Below are positions 13,425 to 25,000 of a DNA stretch of 52,103 nucleotides, piece after piece. The DNA comes from Octopus bimaculoides (lineage: Eukaryota). The stretch is taken from NCBI RefSeq assembly GCF_001194135.2, contig NC_068984.1, positions 52,435,615 through 52,487,717 on the forward strand, read 5' to 3'. Each line of letters begins with the position of its first letter. Within the stretch, counting starts at the first letter, position 1. The notes beneath the pieces are model-generated. The model was given only the letters and a program-made list of their open reading frames with translations, searched no databases and was not told the origin of the DNA. The translations under genes and the position numbers were made by a program.

Positions 13425-13812
13425 TTTACCTGTTTCAGTCATTTTGACTGCGGCCATGCTGGAGCACCACCTTCAGTCGAGCAAATCGACCCCAGCACTT
13501 ATTCCTTGTAAGCCTAGTACTTATTCTATCAGTCTCTTTTGCCGAACAGCTAAGTTACGGGGACGTAAACACACCAGCATCGGTTGTCAAGCGATGTGGT
13601 GGGGGGACAAGCACAGACACGCAAACACACCCATATATATACATATATACGACGGGCTTCTTTCAGTTTCTGTCTACCAAATCCACTCACAAGGCTTTGG
13701 TCAGCCCGAGGCTATAGAAGAAGACACTTGCCCAAGGTGCCACGCAGTGGGACTGAACCCAGAACCATGTGGTTGGTAAACAAGCTACTTACCACACAGC
13801 CACTCCTGTGCC
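13425..13812 (-). mobile_element. SINE family A, full length, young
   Basis: Near-identical to 5081-5488. Confidence 0.9.
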
Positions 13813-14150
13813 TATATAATCACAATCTCACAATGACACTGCTCTTCTTTCTCCCTTTATACTACAATTGCTTCTATTACTCTGAGCATGTTGCACACCA
13901 CCTGTCCCCAACCTATTTCATATACTCATCTGTTCCTTTTATCAGCCCTACATCATTTCAACACTAAGCTGCACTAAAAAATTTTCTCAATCATTCTTCG
14001 CCATAATGCAATTTCAGTCTCCTGGAATTCCCATCCTGTCTCTATTGTTGTTCTTTAGCCCCAAGTCAAATCTGATTGAGCAAACATATAAAGAAAAGCA
14101 TTCAAATTGTGAAAATCACCTCCTTTCCCAAAAATCTTGGACTACATTAT

Positions 14151-14313
14151 CTCACTAGCATAGCTAGAGGGGGTGGTCCACCCTAAGCAGCACTTTTATG
14201 AGAGCAGCACCACTTTTGGGTCTGCTATAGGCAATATGTATTTTTTTGTGGGGGCCTGGGAGCGGTAAACTGAAAGGTCGCTCCAGGCGACACACTCTAG
14301 CTATGCATTATCT
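14151..14313. mobile_element. Short TIR MITE (possibly hAT-type)
   Basis: 12-bp inverted ends gcatagctagag (14158) / ctctagctatgc (14306); cattatct occurs on both sides as a possible 8-bp TSD. Confidence 0.4.
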
Positions 14314-14419
14314 AATATCTCCTTCCTTTTTAAGATGGTAGAATGTGATTTGAGAAATATTTGACATCTACTTCTAGCATATCAAATGATTATATATAGC
14401 AAGCACACAGGCAATCAGT

Positions 14420-14925
14420 TTTGTTAAAAGCAGACCACATGATACATGGCATCATAAAAATCATCTTTGCATGTTATGCCTGATGGCATTACCACATCCT
14501 GAGCATCATTACTGATGTAGTAAAACACCTTATCGCATACTTCTGTTTTCCACAAGACAGGGGGCAAAAAGGACAAAGCAGGAACATACATATAAGAAAA
14601 CCAATGCCCAGAGTTCTGTAGGGTGTGTGTGAAAGGAGCATTGGTATTCATATACCATATTGTAATATCAAAGCAATGCTTTAACGTTATGACATTACAT
14701 GGCTTGACAAAATAAAGTTTGATTGTTGAGTTGATGGTGCCTTACAAAAGCAATATGGAATGGATACATAAAAGGATGGGCAAAAAGTATGGGGAACTTA
14801 GAGAATTATATGAGACCAGAAGATGAGATGACAGTGTCTGTTGTTTCTCCTATAGATGTTATGTCGTGGGTTTGTAACTAGAGCCATGATGTTTTACTTG
14901 GTTGGTATTGAATTTAGGAAGGACA
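14420..14925 (+). mobile_element. Degenerate RLE-type (restriction-like endonuclease) non-LTR retrotransposon relic
   Basis: Broken frame SLIVELMVPYKSNMEWIHKRMGKKYGELR..SVCCFSYRCYVVGL resembles the ELTVPWEEN..HERK..KY..EVGCRG endonuclease motif of R2/Hero-type LINEs. Confidence 0.4.
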
Positions 14926-14949
14926 AGACTAACCATTTTCTCAAAACTC

Positions 14950-15265
14950 CTTTTCCCACCCAATCAGAAAAAAATTCCCCACAAATGTCTTTATAATCGT
15001 TATCTATGCTGTTTGAAAGGTATTTGTATAAAATTTCATTTAAAGAAATTCATTTTTCTGAAAGTTACAAGGGGAAAAAGTTGGACCATGTGAATTTTCC
15101 GAAACTCTTCTCACCACCCTTTCGGAAAAATTCTTTCCCATAAACCCCTACATGCTCTGAATCCACAGCATCTAAGCGGTATTTGTTGAAAATTTTGTTT
15201 AAAAGTATCAATTTTTCTGGAAGTCATGAGGCCACAAAATTGGTGGGGTACATATCTGTAGTTAT
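14950..15265 (-). repeat. Two tandem units of the same subrepeat family as 9445-10015
   Basis: gaaaggtatttgtataaaatttcatt...tttttctgaaagttac repeated as gcggtatttgttgaaaatttt...tttttctggaagtcatgagg. Confidence 0.55.
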
Positions 15266-15299
15266 GCCAACAAAGCTATCCAAGTGTTCACAGGAAGGG

Positions 15300-15987
15300 C
15301 AATAACTCCAGGTTTTACTTCTTAGATTTGTGGAAACAAATTTCAAAACCCGCGTATCTCAGGACTCCGTGGTCCGATTTACGTGAAATTTGTTTTATTC
15401 CGTTTGTATTCGCATTTCAGGGCTACTTTACTTTCAGAATATTTTCCCCATTATGCGCTGGTTTGACTGTATTAAATTACAGACATGATCGCAAGCAAGC
15501 AATTACAGAATTTTAGTAGACAGATAGATAGCGAATCAGTGACTTGTGGAAGAGAGAGAAACAGAAACTGTTTCATTATGGATTGGCTGATGCATGTGAG
15601 AGAAAGACCAAAGAAATGAGCAAATAACAAATGCCCAGCAAGTAGTAAAAGAAAACAAAAAAAAACGTTAAAAAGTTGCTGCAGCTGTACCCGGTTAGGT
15701 GTAATGGTTGCATTGGATAACAGAAGGAAAAAAACGTGCTCGCGTGTTGGTCAAAAGGACATTGGTAGTTATCAAGGTTGTTTGAGAGAGCAATACTGGA
15801 GTGAGAGGAATGATTCTTTATTATGAATAGTTACATTCGTACAAAGAGAGAGAGGGAGAAATATGTAGTTATTTTATTTTTGTTGTTATGCCGTTATATA
15901 TAAACATTACCCAGCCTATCAGTGTTATCCCCCGTGATATATAATTGGAGGAGAACTTACAGTGGTGACACCGTTTCGATAGCCAAT
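15300..15987 (+). promoter_or_regulatory. Probable TUG promoter/5'UTR region (CpG-retaining)
   Basis: Lies immediately upstream of the first ATG, and CpG dinucleotides are visibly more frequent than in flanking unique DNA. The TSS cannot be located. Confidence 0.4.
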
Positions 15988-16068
15988 ATGGCGTTTAATG
16001 TTCAAATACTGTGTCCAAATGGACGAAGACAAAATATTAAGACAAACTTCAACACCACTTTACTTCAG
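15988..16068 (+). CDS. ASPSCR1: TUG exon 1 ([27 protein letters not shown])
   Basis: ATG at 15988; resembles human SVLAPNGRRHTVKVTPSTVLLQ; donor CAG|gttgagt, phase 0. Confidence 0.9.
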
Positions 16069-19000
16069 GTTGAGTCATGTATTTGTATTATTATTTTGCG
16101 TCTGATTTTTTCTGTTCACATTTACTTCACTGGAATATAGCATAAGGCAGACGAGTTATTGTAATTATTTCGCCCTTTCAGCTTATTTATTGATAAATAT
16201 ATTTATTTATCTATATCTCTCTTTCATATATTATATATATAGGCGATCTTTCGTCTATATATATATACTGTTTTATGTTTTCGACGTCTTTCTTGTGATA
16301 CAGTTGTCACAACCATAACCTCAGCATGTTTTCATATTTGAAAATAATATATTATAAGAGAAGCAAGAATTGTATTATGAACCTCCACATGTTTTACTTC
16401 ATTGCTCTCAAAGCAAAATAACACTAACCGTTCCTTTTTAATATACACCTTCCTTCCGCCGAGGTTGACTTTGCCTTTCGGGGTCGATAAATTAGGTACT
16501 AGTTGCGTATTGGGGTCGATCTAATCGACTCCCCCTCGCCAAAAATTTCGGGCCTTGTGCCTAGAATAGAAAAGAATATACACCTTTTCTTCTATACATG
16601 AAAACTTGCTGATCTTTTGGTCATGATAAGAAAAAGAAAACGAAATATATTTTAACCGCTGAAGTTGAAATATAATATTTTCACTTATTAATTCCTTAAT
16701 ATTAGTTTCAGTGATAAAAACAAATAAATGACGTTTATGTAAGAAGTTGTCAGAAGTGTATTCTTCACGTAAAGCACAGACAATTTCAACAGTGATATTT
16801 AAACACGAGTATAGGCCAATCTTAATTTGAAATTGAATGTAAACAAACGGTTTGATTGAACTATTAGTTCTAAGTTTAATTAATTTATTAATGTGCGCGT
16901 ATTATACTTTTCAAGCACATTGTTCGTGTGGAATTTATATTCTTTGTCTAGGATTTGCTGAATCGAAACATCTGAAGTTCATAACGTGACAGGAGCGCTA
17001 CTTTGTAACTGTAATCAAAACGCAAGATTACACCGAGCACTAAGCAGTACGAAGGGTGAATTAGTTCTCTATACAAACCGAAGTGTAAAATTAACGAATA
17101 TTTCGTTATCTCGTAGTGCTGTGTTCAAATCCCTATATGCTTGGGAAAACGCTATATATTTTTGAATCACTATATGAAGCCCATGTCTAATACCCTAACT
17201 CTATTAGATCTAACTACCTTCACCACTATTGACGTAGTCATTCTTATTAGGTGATTGAACTAAATATTTTGTTATGTTGATATACTGGTATATCATTTCA
17301 CTTAATTGGCGCTCGTATACTTGAGCATTCATTTAAGAATCAAGGGCGGTAATCAAAAGCGCTAACAAAAAATTTAGAAATTTCTCGTCGGTTGAGCTTC
17401 GTATATATAAAATTAATTCAGTTGTTAACTAAGAAAAATTAAAAGAAAGTATTCGCACACATAATGTTAAATGACTGTTTACTGTTTTCCGAGAGCAGAT
17501 GAAATTTTAAAAGTCATAAATATTGAATCAGTTGTTTTTTTACGAAAAGATTTGAACCATAATAAAACCTATTTAAAAGATTGAGTTGTAAATATTCAAT
17601 TAATTGTAGTTGATCAATACCAATATTTGTAATTTGAAATAAGTTAATCGAAAACAATAAATAATAATTAATAGTTTCATTAATCAATAACCGATGTTTT
17701 ATTTAGATAAAGTTTTATTCAAAAGAAATTTCTCATCTCATTCCAGCAGTTTTGATTATTCTCACACCTTCATTATTCCAAATTCCCTTCGTAGTACTTA
17801 ACTATTTTAGTTTTAGACTTAATAGTATTTAGGCAAGTATGTGTATTCTATTATTTAATATTGTGACTATGGTGTTAAGTCGTATTTTCTGTGTTTTCTT
17901 TGTTATGGATCAATGTTTTAGCCTACTCTGAGATGTGTAATAAATGATTTAGTTTTGTGGAATATATCTAGTAGCAAGATATTCTTGCCATTCGTTTTTG
18001 CCATTGATAGATTATTCTTCAGAAACTGCTGACTGCTCTCTGCCAACAGTCAAACAGATCCATTGAACCACCACTCTATCTCTTGCTATCCATACTCTTG
18101 TTTTTTGTTGTCTGTAAAACATTAAATTTGATCCTTCAATCTGAGGACCATCATACTATGGAAATGCTTTATAACTTTAGAATAACTGAATAAATCTTGG
18201 AATTAGCTTTCATTGTTTTTATTCAAGAGGAATTCCAAGGATTATGGAAGCTCTTACTTCCTCAGATTAATGATTAAAGAGAAAAATCTAGATGAGAAAA
18301 TAATGTGAACAGACAAAGTGAATATGAATACAAAAAAAGAATTGGATCAACTCTTGTCTGACATTCAGAGATACAAGTGGAAATGATGGCTCTAAATGCC
18401 TTTGCAACCTTTAAGGATAGTGCTTAGCTTTAGATTCAGTGGAGATAAACAAATGAAATATAAAGGAAATGAACGTTTTAAAAAAAAACCTCGTCAAATT
18501 GACATCATTATATCATAATTTGCAAGTTTGAGCTCCTAAAAGTTATGAGTTTACAAATTATATTTGTAAACTTATAACTTTTTAGGAGCTCAAACTTGCA
18601 AGAGAAAGCCTTTGACAGGGTCCCCTAATCCCTTATCTGGTCATCAATGTGGAAACTAGGGATAGACAAGTGGTTGGCGAGAGCTGTACAAGCCATGTAC
18701 AGGGATGTTATCAGTAAAGTGAGTGTTGGCAACAAGTGCAATGAAGAATTCAGGGTACAAGTAGGGGTTCACCAACAATCAGTCTTCAGTCCCCTCTTGT
18801 TCATCATAGTCCTCCAGGCAATAACAGAAGAATTCAAGACAGGCTGCCCCTGGGAACTCCTCTATGCTGATGATGTTGTTTTAATAGCTGAGTCACTACC
18901 AGAACTAGAAAAGAAGTTTCAGGTGTGGAAGCAAGGTCTAGAATTGAAGGGCCTTCAAGTTAACCTAGCAAAACCCCAAGTCTTAGTAAGTAGGAAGGCG

Positions 19001-22000
19001 GACAAATCACAAATCCCTTCAGGTAGATGGCCTTGCTCGATCTGTAGAAAACGCATAGGTAGAAACTCCATAAGATGTACCCTGTGTAAGCTATGGACAC
19101 ACAAGAGTTGCAGCAATATCAAAGGAAGGTTAACTGGGAAGATAGTTTTTTGTGTGGAAGATGCACAAGTGCAATAAACACCGAAAGTGTACAGAAAACA
19201 AATTCCATCCCATGCCAAGGGGAAAAACTAGAAGTAGTTGATAGCTTCCATTGCCTAGGTGGCCATGTCAGGAGCAGGGTTGGTTCTCTGAGAGCATAGC
19301 TGCTAGAATAAGAATAGGCTGGGCAAAGTTCAGAGGGTTCCTACCTCTGCTGGTAACAGAGGGTCTAGAGTGAAAGGTAGATTGTATGATGTCTGTGTGC
19401 AAACAGCCATGCTACACAGCAGTGAAACATGGGTTGTGATTGCTGAGGATATGCATCGGCTTAAAAAAAAATGAAGCTAGTATGCTCCGCTGGATGTGTA
19501 ATGTCAGTGTGCATACACAACAGTGTAAGCATCCTGAGAGAAAAGTTAGACATAAGAAGCATCAGATGTGGTGTGCAAGAGAGACAACTGCACTGGCATT
19601 GTCATGTGATACATATAGATGAGGACAGCTGTGTGAAGAAGTGTCACACCCTAACAGTGGAGGGAACTTGTGGAAGAGGTAGACCCAGGTAGTGGAGCAC
19701 GACCTTCAAACGTTGGGCATCACAGAGGTAATGACAAGCAACTGAGACCTTTAGAGACATGCCATACTTGAGAAGACCCAGCAAGCCAAGTGAGATCGGC
19801 CAGTGCCAGTGTCGCATAACTGACCCATTTAAAAGCACCCTTCAATTGTCAGGTGATATGCTATGCTTGTGAAGACCTGTTGAACCAAGTGAAATCATAG
19901 TTCTGGCCAATGCCAGTGTCGCCTGACTGGCACCCATTCTAGTGGCACATAAAGAGCACCATTCGAGTGTAGCCGATGCTTGTACCACCTGACTGGCACA
20001 TTAAAAAGCACCATTCAAGTGTGGCTGATGCCAGTGCCGCCTGAGTGGCACGAAAAAGCACCCACTACACTTATAGTGGTTGGCATTAGGAAGGGCATCC
20101 AGCTGTAGAAACCTTGCCAAATCAGATTGGTGCCTGGTGCAGCCTTCCAGCTCTCAGTCAAGCCATCTAACCCATGCCAGCATGGAAAGCAGATGTTAAA
20201 TGATGATGATGATCTGATGTTATTATTTTTTTCTATTTAAAGATATTAGAAGACTGCTGTAAAAAACAAGGGTTTTTACCACCTGAAGATTATTCTCTCA
20301 TGTAAGTTCTTTACATTATAATCATGTCATTACCAATTTGTTAATGATAATATATTGTTAAACCAGTTTACTAAGAACCATTTTTTCAGCTATGTGACGC
20401 ACTTCTAAGATCTAAGTCACTGTTATTATCTACTTGAATTGTAGCAAGATCCTATCTAATTTATGATATGTCTCAGCCTATTTCTTTCCAAAAGATTGTA
20501 ATTCTCTTCTCTCATAACACATTGACACATTGACTTTAATGAAGTAATAATTATTGTTGTAGTTCATCACTACTAACACTTTTTCTTTGCTTTGTTAAGT
20601 CTCCAAGCTCATAGCACTTTTTCAATTCAGCATCTGCCAGCCTTTTAAATCAGTCCAGTCCATTGCTATTATCTATCCTTTTTTTTTTTCCACCAACGAA
20701 AGCATTAATACTAAGGTTAGTCATGAAGGAATCTCTATATAGGTGCTCTCCTTGATAGAAATAGCAGTCAAATCTTCCCCAAATCATGTCTTATCACCTT
20801 AAAAAGAGGAAAGAATACATTGGTTACTGTATTACAGAGTATATAGAACCTGATTCACAAAGAGATGATAAACTCCAGCTTCGATAGATAAATAGGTTAC
20901 ATGAAAAAATTTGTTTGTGATGTTGATCCCAGGGAAGCGAGGGCACTTGATAATGTGACACTCTGGCAATCTTATGTAATCCTACTGTGGGGTAAAGCTC
21001 TCATTCAACTGTAGGAAAAATGTAAATTCAATGAATTATTGTTCTAAACTTACATTTGAGAGATTGCAGCCATGATTTGGGTGTTCCAAGGAACTTCAGT
21101 ATTACATTAAGTTGATTGTGTATTATTCAAAAGAGAGAAATGGTTTTGGTGAAATTGCAGCACTCTTGTTTGAAAGTAAACAAAAATAAACAGGCATGGC
21201 TGTGTGATTAAGAAGTTGGCTTTGCAAGGCTTTGGGTTCAGTCCCACAGAATGGCACCTTGTGCAAGTGTCTTCTACTATAGACCCATGCCAACCAATGC
21301 CTTGTGAATAAATTTGATGGATGAAAACTGTGTGGAATCCTATTATATATGTGTATGGCTATCCCCATCGCTTCTTGACAACTGGTGTTGGTTTGTTTAC
21401 ATCCTCATAATTTAGCAGTTTGATAAAAGAGATTAATAGAATAAGTATCAGACTTTTAAAAAAAAAACAACTACTGAGGTGAAATTTGTTCAAGTAAAAT
21501 CCTTCAAGACAGTACAACAGTATGGCTGCTGTCCAGCAACTGACAAAAGTAAAAGATAAAAGATAAGCAATTTTCTATTTTAATGTCTTGATGTAACTGA
21601 GAAACTGAAACACAGTATTGCAGCAGTATTATCTGGTTTTACTCCTAGTTCATCACTTCCTATTCATGTATTAGACATGTCTCTACCAGGTTCTGTCCTG
21701 GTGCAAAATAAGCAACTAATTTGCTTCTGTTTACATTGGTTGTAAAAAAAAAATATTGAAAATAAATGGCCACTGTTGAATTAAAACCTTGTGAGTAAGC
21801 AAATCATTTGATAAGTTTGTTCAATTGGAGCTGGCTTGGAGCTGAACAACAACTACAGCCTCTTACCCAGTTACTTGAGTTCAATCTACTTCTCAAGTTT
21901 ACATTTACTTATCTAAATAACTTCTTACTCTGTTAATCCAACCTTTTTAGCCACATGACTTGCTTGAAATAGTTATCAAATTTCCCTCAAACAAAATTCT

Positions 22001-25000
22001 ACCATAATAAAAAAAAAAAGTGGGGGTATGTTTGATAGCATCCTCTATGTATTGTCTGCAAAAGAACTCAAATATAGCAAGTTAAATGATCACTTTCTTT
22101 ACCACTATATGCCTTACAGTATTTAGATGTAACCAATTCCTAATTGCTTCACATTTTCTATTAATCCAAATCTCACTGTGGGTGGCTTTTGTCCCTTATG
22201 CAAAAGTAGAAATAATAAAATCATCATCATCATCATCATCATTTAACATCTGCTTTCCATGCTGGCAAGGGTTGAACAGTTTGACTGAACATTTGTAAAC
22301 TGGGGAGCTGCACTAGGTTCCAGTCTGATTTGGCAAGGTCTCTACAGTTGGATGCCCTTCCTAACATCAACCTCTCCAAGTGTGTAGTGGATGCTTTTTA
22401 TGTGCCACTTTCATGATCCCAACATCAGCCACAACTACGATCTCACTTGGCTTGACAGGTCTATACAAGCATGGCATATCACCAAAGTATTTACTTACAT
22501 CTTTTCTTCTGATACAGTGGTATTGTGCCTAATTAGTATTTGTTTCAACAGGAACTAAAGAAACAAAACTGTCATAGAATTTTTTATTTGTTGATGTTGT
22601 TAAATCCCATAAAATAAGCTTTTATAGAACAAGTCTTTTATTTATATTTTTATACAAGTAGAATCACAATTAAGGATATTGCATGCATCTAATATCTCTT
22701 ATTAAAAGATTAGAGGTTACTCTTATGTCTTCATGATGTTATGGTTACAATGAGTTTTTTTTTTAAAGTTTTTTTCTTGTAAATTTTCAGGCATGGTCGA
22801 ACAATCCTTGATTTAACATTGTCCATTCGCTATTTAAATTTAACAAACAATGCTAAGCTAGAATTAGTGAAAGCAGCAACACCACGAAGAGAATCTGAGA
22901 TAGTAGTTGCCTTACAATTGTCTGATGGTACACGACTTCAGAAAAGTTTTCTGCCTCAAGTAACATTATGGGAAATATTAGAACACTGGCAGAAGGAAGC
23001 AGACAGGTGAGTACATCCAATTGTTATGAAACCTACCACTGACAATGATACGTTTGTTTGTTTGTCTTTCAGTTCTTTTGTTTTTTGCAAATATACCCTC
23101 TTATTTTGGTTGTATATAATACATACCCTCATTTAGCCACCTGCAATATTACAAAAGACTCAGACAAAGCAGAAGTGCTGCGAAGGTGCCAGCTCATTGT
23201 TTGGGACGAATGCACCATGGCACATAAAGGATCCCTTGAAGCACTGGACAGGACCCTGAAAGACTCTTACATGAGGGCCCAGCTTTTCGGTGACAACTTA
23301 TCGGGTGACTTCTCCAAGCAACTTCTCACCATTGGTGATGGGACAGCTCCCACTGATGCAGCTGGAGAGATGGCTGTCTCACACGTAGGCACACCTGTGG
23401 ACACTGTGGATGACCTTACGACTGCTGTTTTTCCTGATCTGCACATAAACTACCAAAACTTGAATTGGCTGTGCGAAAGAGCGATATTAGCTCCCAAAAA
23501 CATATTTATTGCGAAACTCAATGAAAACCTACTGCGAAACCTTCCTGGAAACCTTCACACTACATGTCTGTGGACATTTGTGGACCAAGAAGAGGCTGTT
23601 AATTTTCCCACAGAATTCCTCAATTCCTTGGAGCCCTCCAGACTACTGCCTCATCAACTGCACCTCAAAATTGGAGCTCCTATCATGTTGCTGAGTAACC
23701 TGGAGCTACCACGTCTGTGCAACGAAATGCAGTTAGTGGTAAAAAAATGTGCTGCCTCAGGTTATTGAAGCAACAATTCTTATGGGTTGCAACATCAGAG
23801 ACAATGTCTTTATACTTAGGATACCTCTTACTCCATCAGATAAACAATGTCCCTGTCTCTTGTGTGGACTTCAGTTCCCTCTTCAACTTTGCTTTCCCAT
23901 GTCCATCAACATGTCCCAAGGCCAAACACTAACAACAACAGGCCTCCATTTAGGCAAACCATGCTTCTTGCACAGCCAATTATACATTGGATGCAAAAAA
24001 ATCCTTTTTGTGTTCACCCCAAAAGCCAAAATGAAAAACGTTGTCTACTGTGAGGTGCTGTAGGCTGTCCAACATACCGCAGCTTCCCTGCCAAACAGGT
24101 TTGTGGTGAGTGAGTACTATTGTTGCCATTCTTTCAAAATTACCTGTTTTTCTTAAGTCTTCTTTTTATTTTGTCTGCTACAGCTTCTCAATCTCCTTGC
24201 AGATGGCTTGAGTTTTGGCATCACTGCACCCACGCTTTTCATGTGAACGAAAAGGGACGTTTACACCTGTGAATGGTTAACAATCTTTTTCGGGGTTATT
24301 GTGAGAATGATAACACAGCCCTTTTCAGGGTTATTGTGAGAATGATAACACGGCCCTTTTCAGGGCTACTTTACATTCACTTGTTGCACCTCCTGAGATG
24401 CTCTTGTGGCTTCTCCAGGGCTTTTCACCCTGTTGTTACTACTTTAGTTATGGTCTATGGGAAAAATCACTTCCTCAATGTCAATGTTTGCAACTTAATG
24501 CAAAAAATATTCAAAGAGATGTACAACAAAAAAGAATGATAGAACCTATTAAGACCATTGCCGAGTATTTAATACCCGAGCAACGCCGGGTACTCCTGCT
24601 AGTCAATGCTAGTTTTTCTGTGTTTATGTTGTAGACTTTTACTTATTTCTCATAAAACCTCTTGTTTTGTATTAAATAGTTGTCTGTCTAATTTAATAAT
24701 TCACAAAGTTCATTACAATCTACATGTTTTTCTGTGTTCATTTATTTCACCTACAGCTCTTTACAACCACTTTTAACAACAGAAGTTGATACAAGCAGCT
24801 CAACATGTGTGCACCCTATTTGTATATATATGAGAGAAGAGGTTAGTGAAGTTTTATTTCACTTAATAACAATGATAATAATAATATTTGTTTCTTTATT
24901 GGCCACAAGGGCCAAACACAAAAACAAACAGGGACAATACAAAACAAGGGACATGTAGGGTTTAACACAAAAATTGAGTAAACAATAAAATAACAATGAC

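Noticed and set aside
18220-18480. Purine-rich, codon-like stretch (possible pseudogene)
   Set aside because: All frames are interrupted and no protein is recognised.
23007-23768. In-frame TUG-PIF1 helicase fusion
   Set aside because: Exon 3 ends in phase 2, and the nearby acceptors at 23072 and 23136 do not enter the helicase frame and hit early stops.
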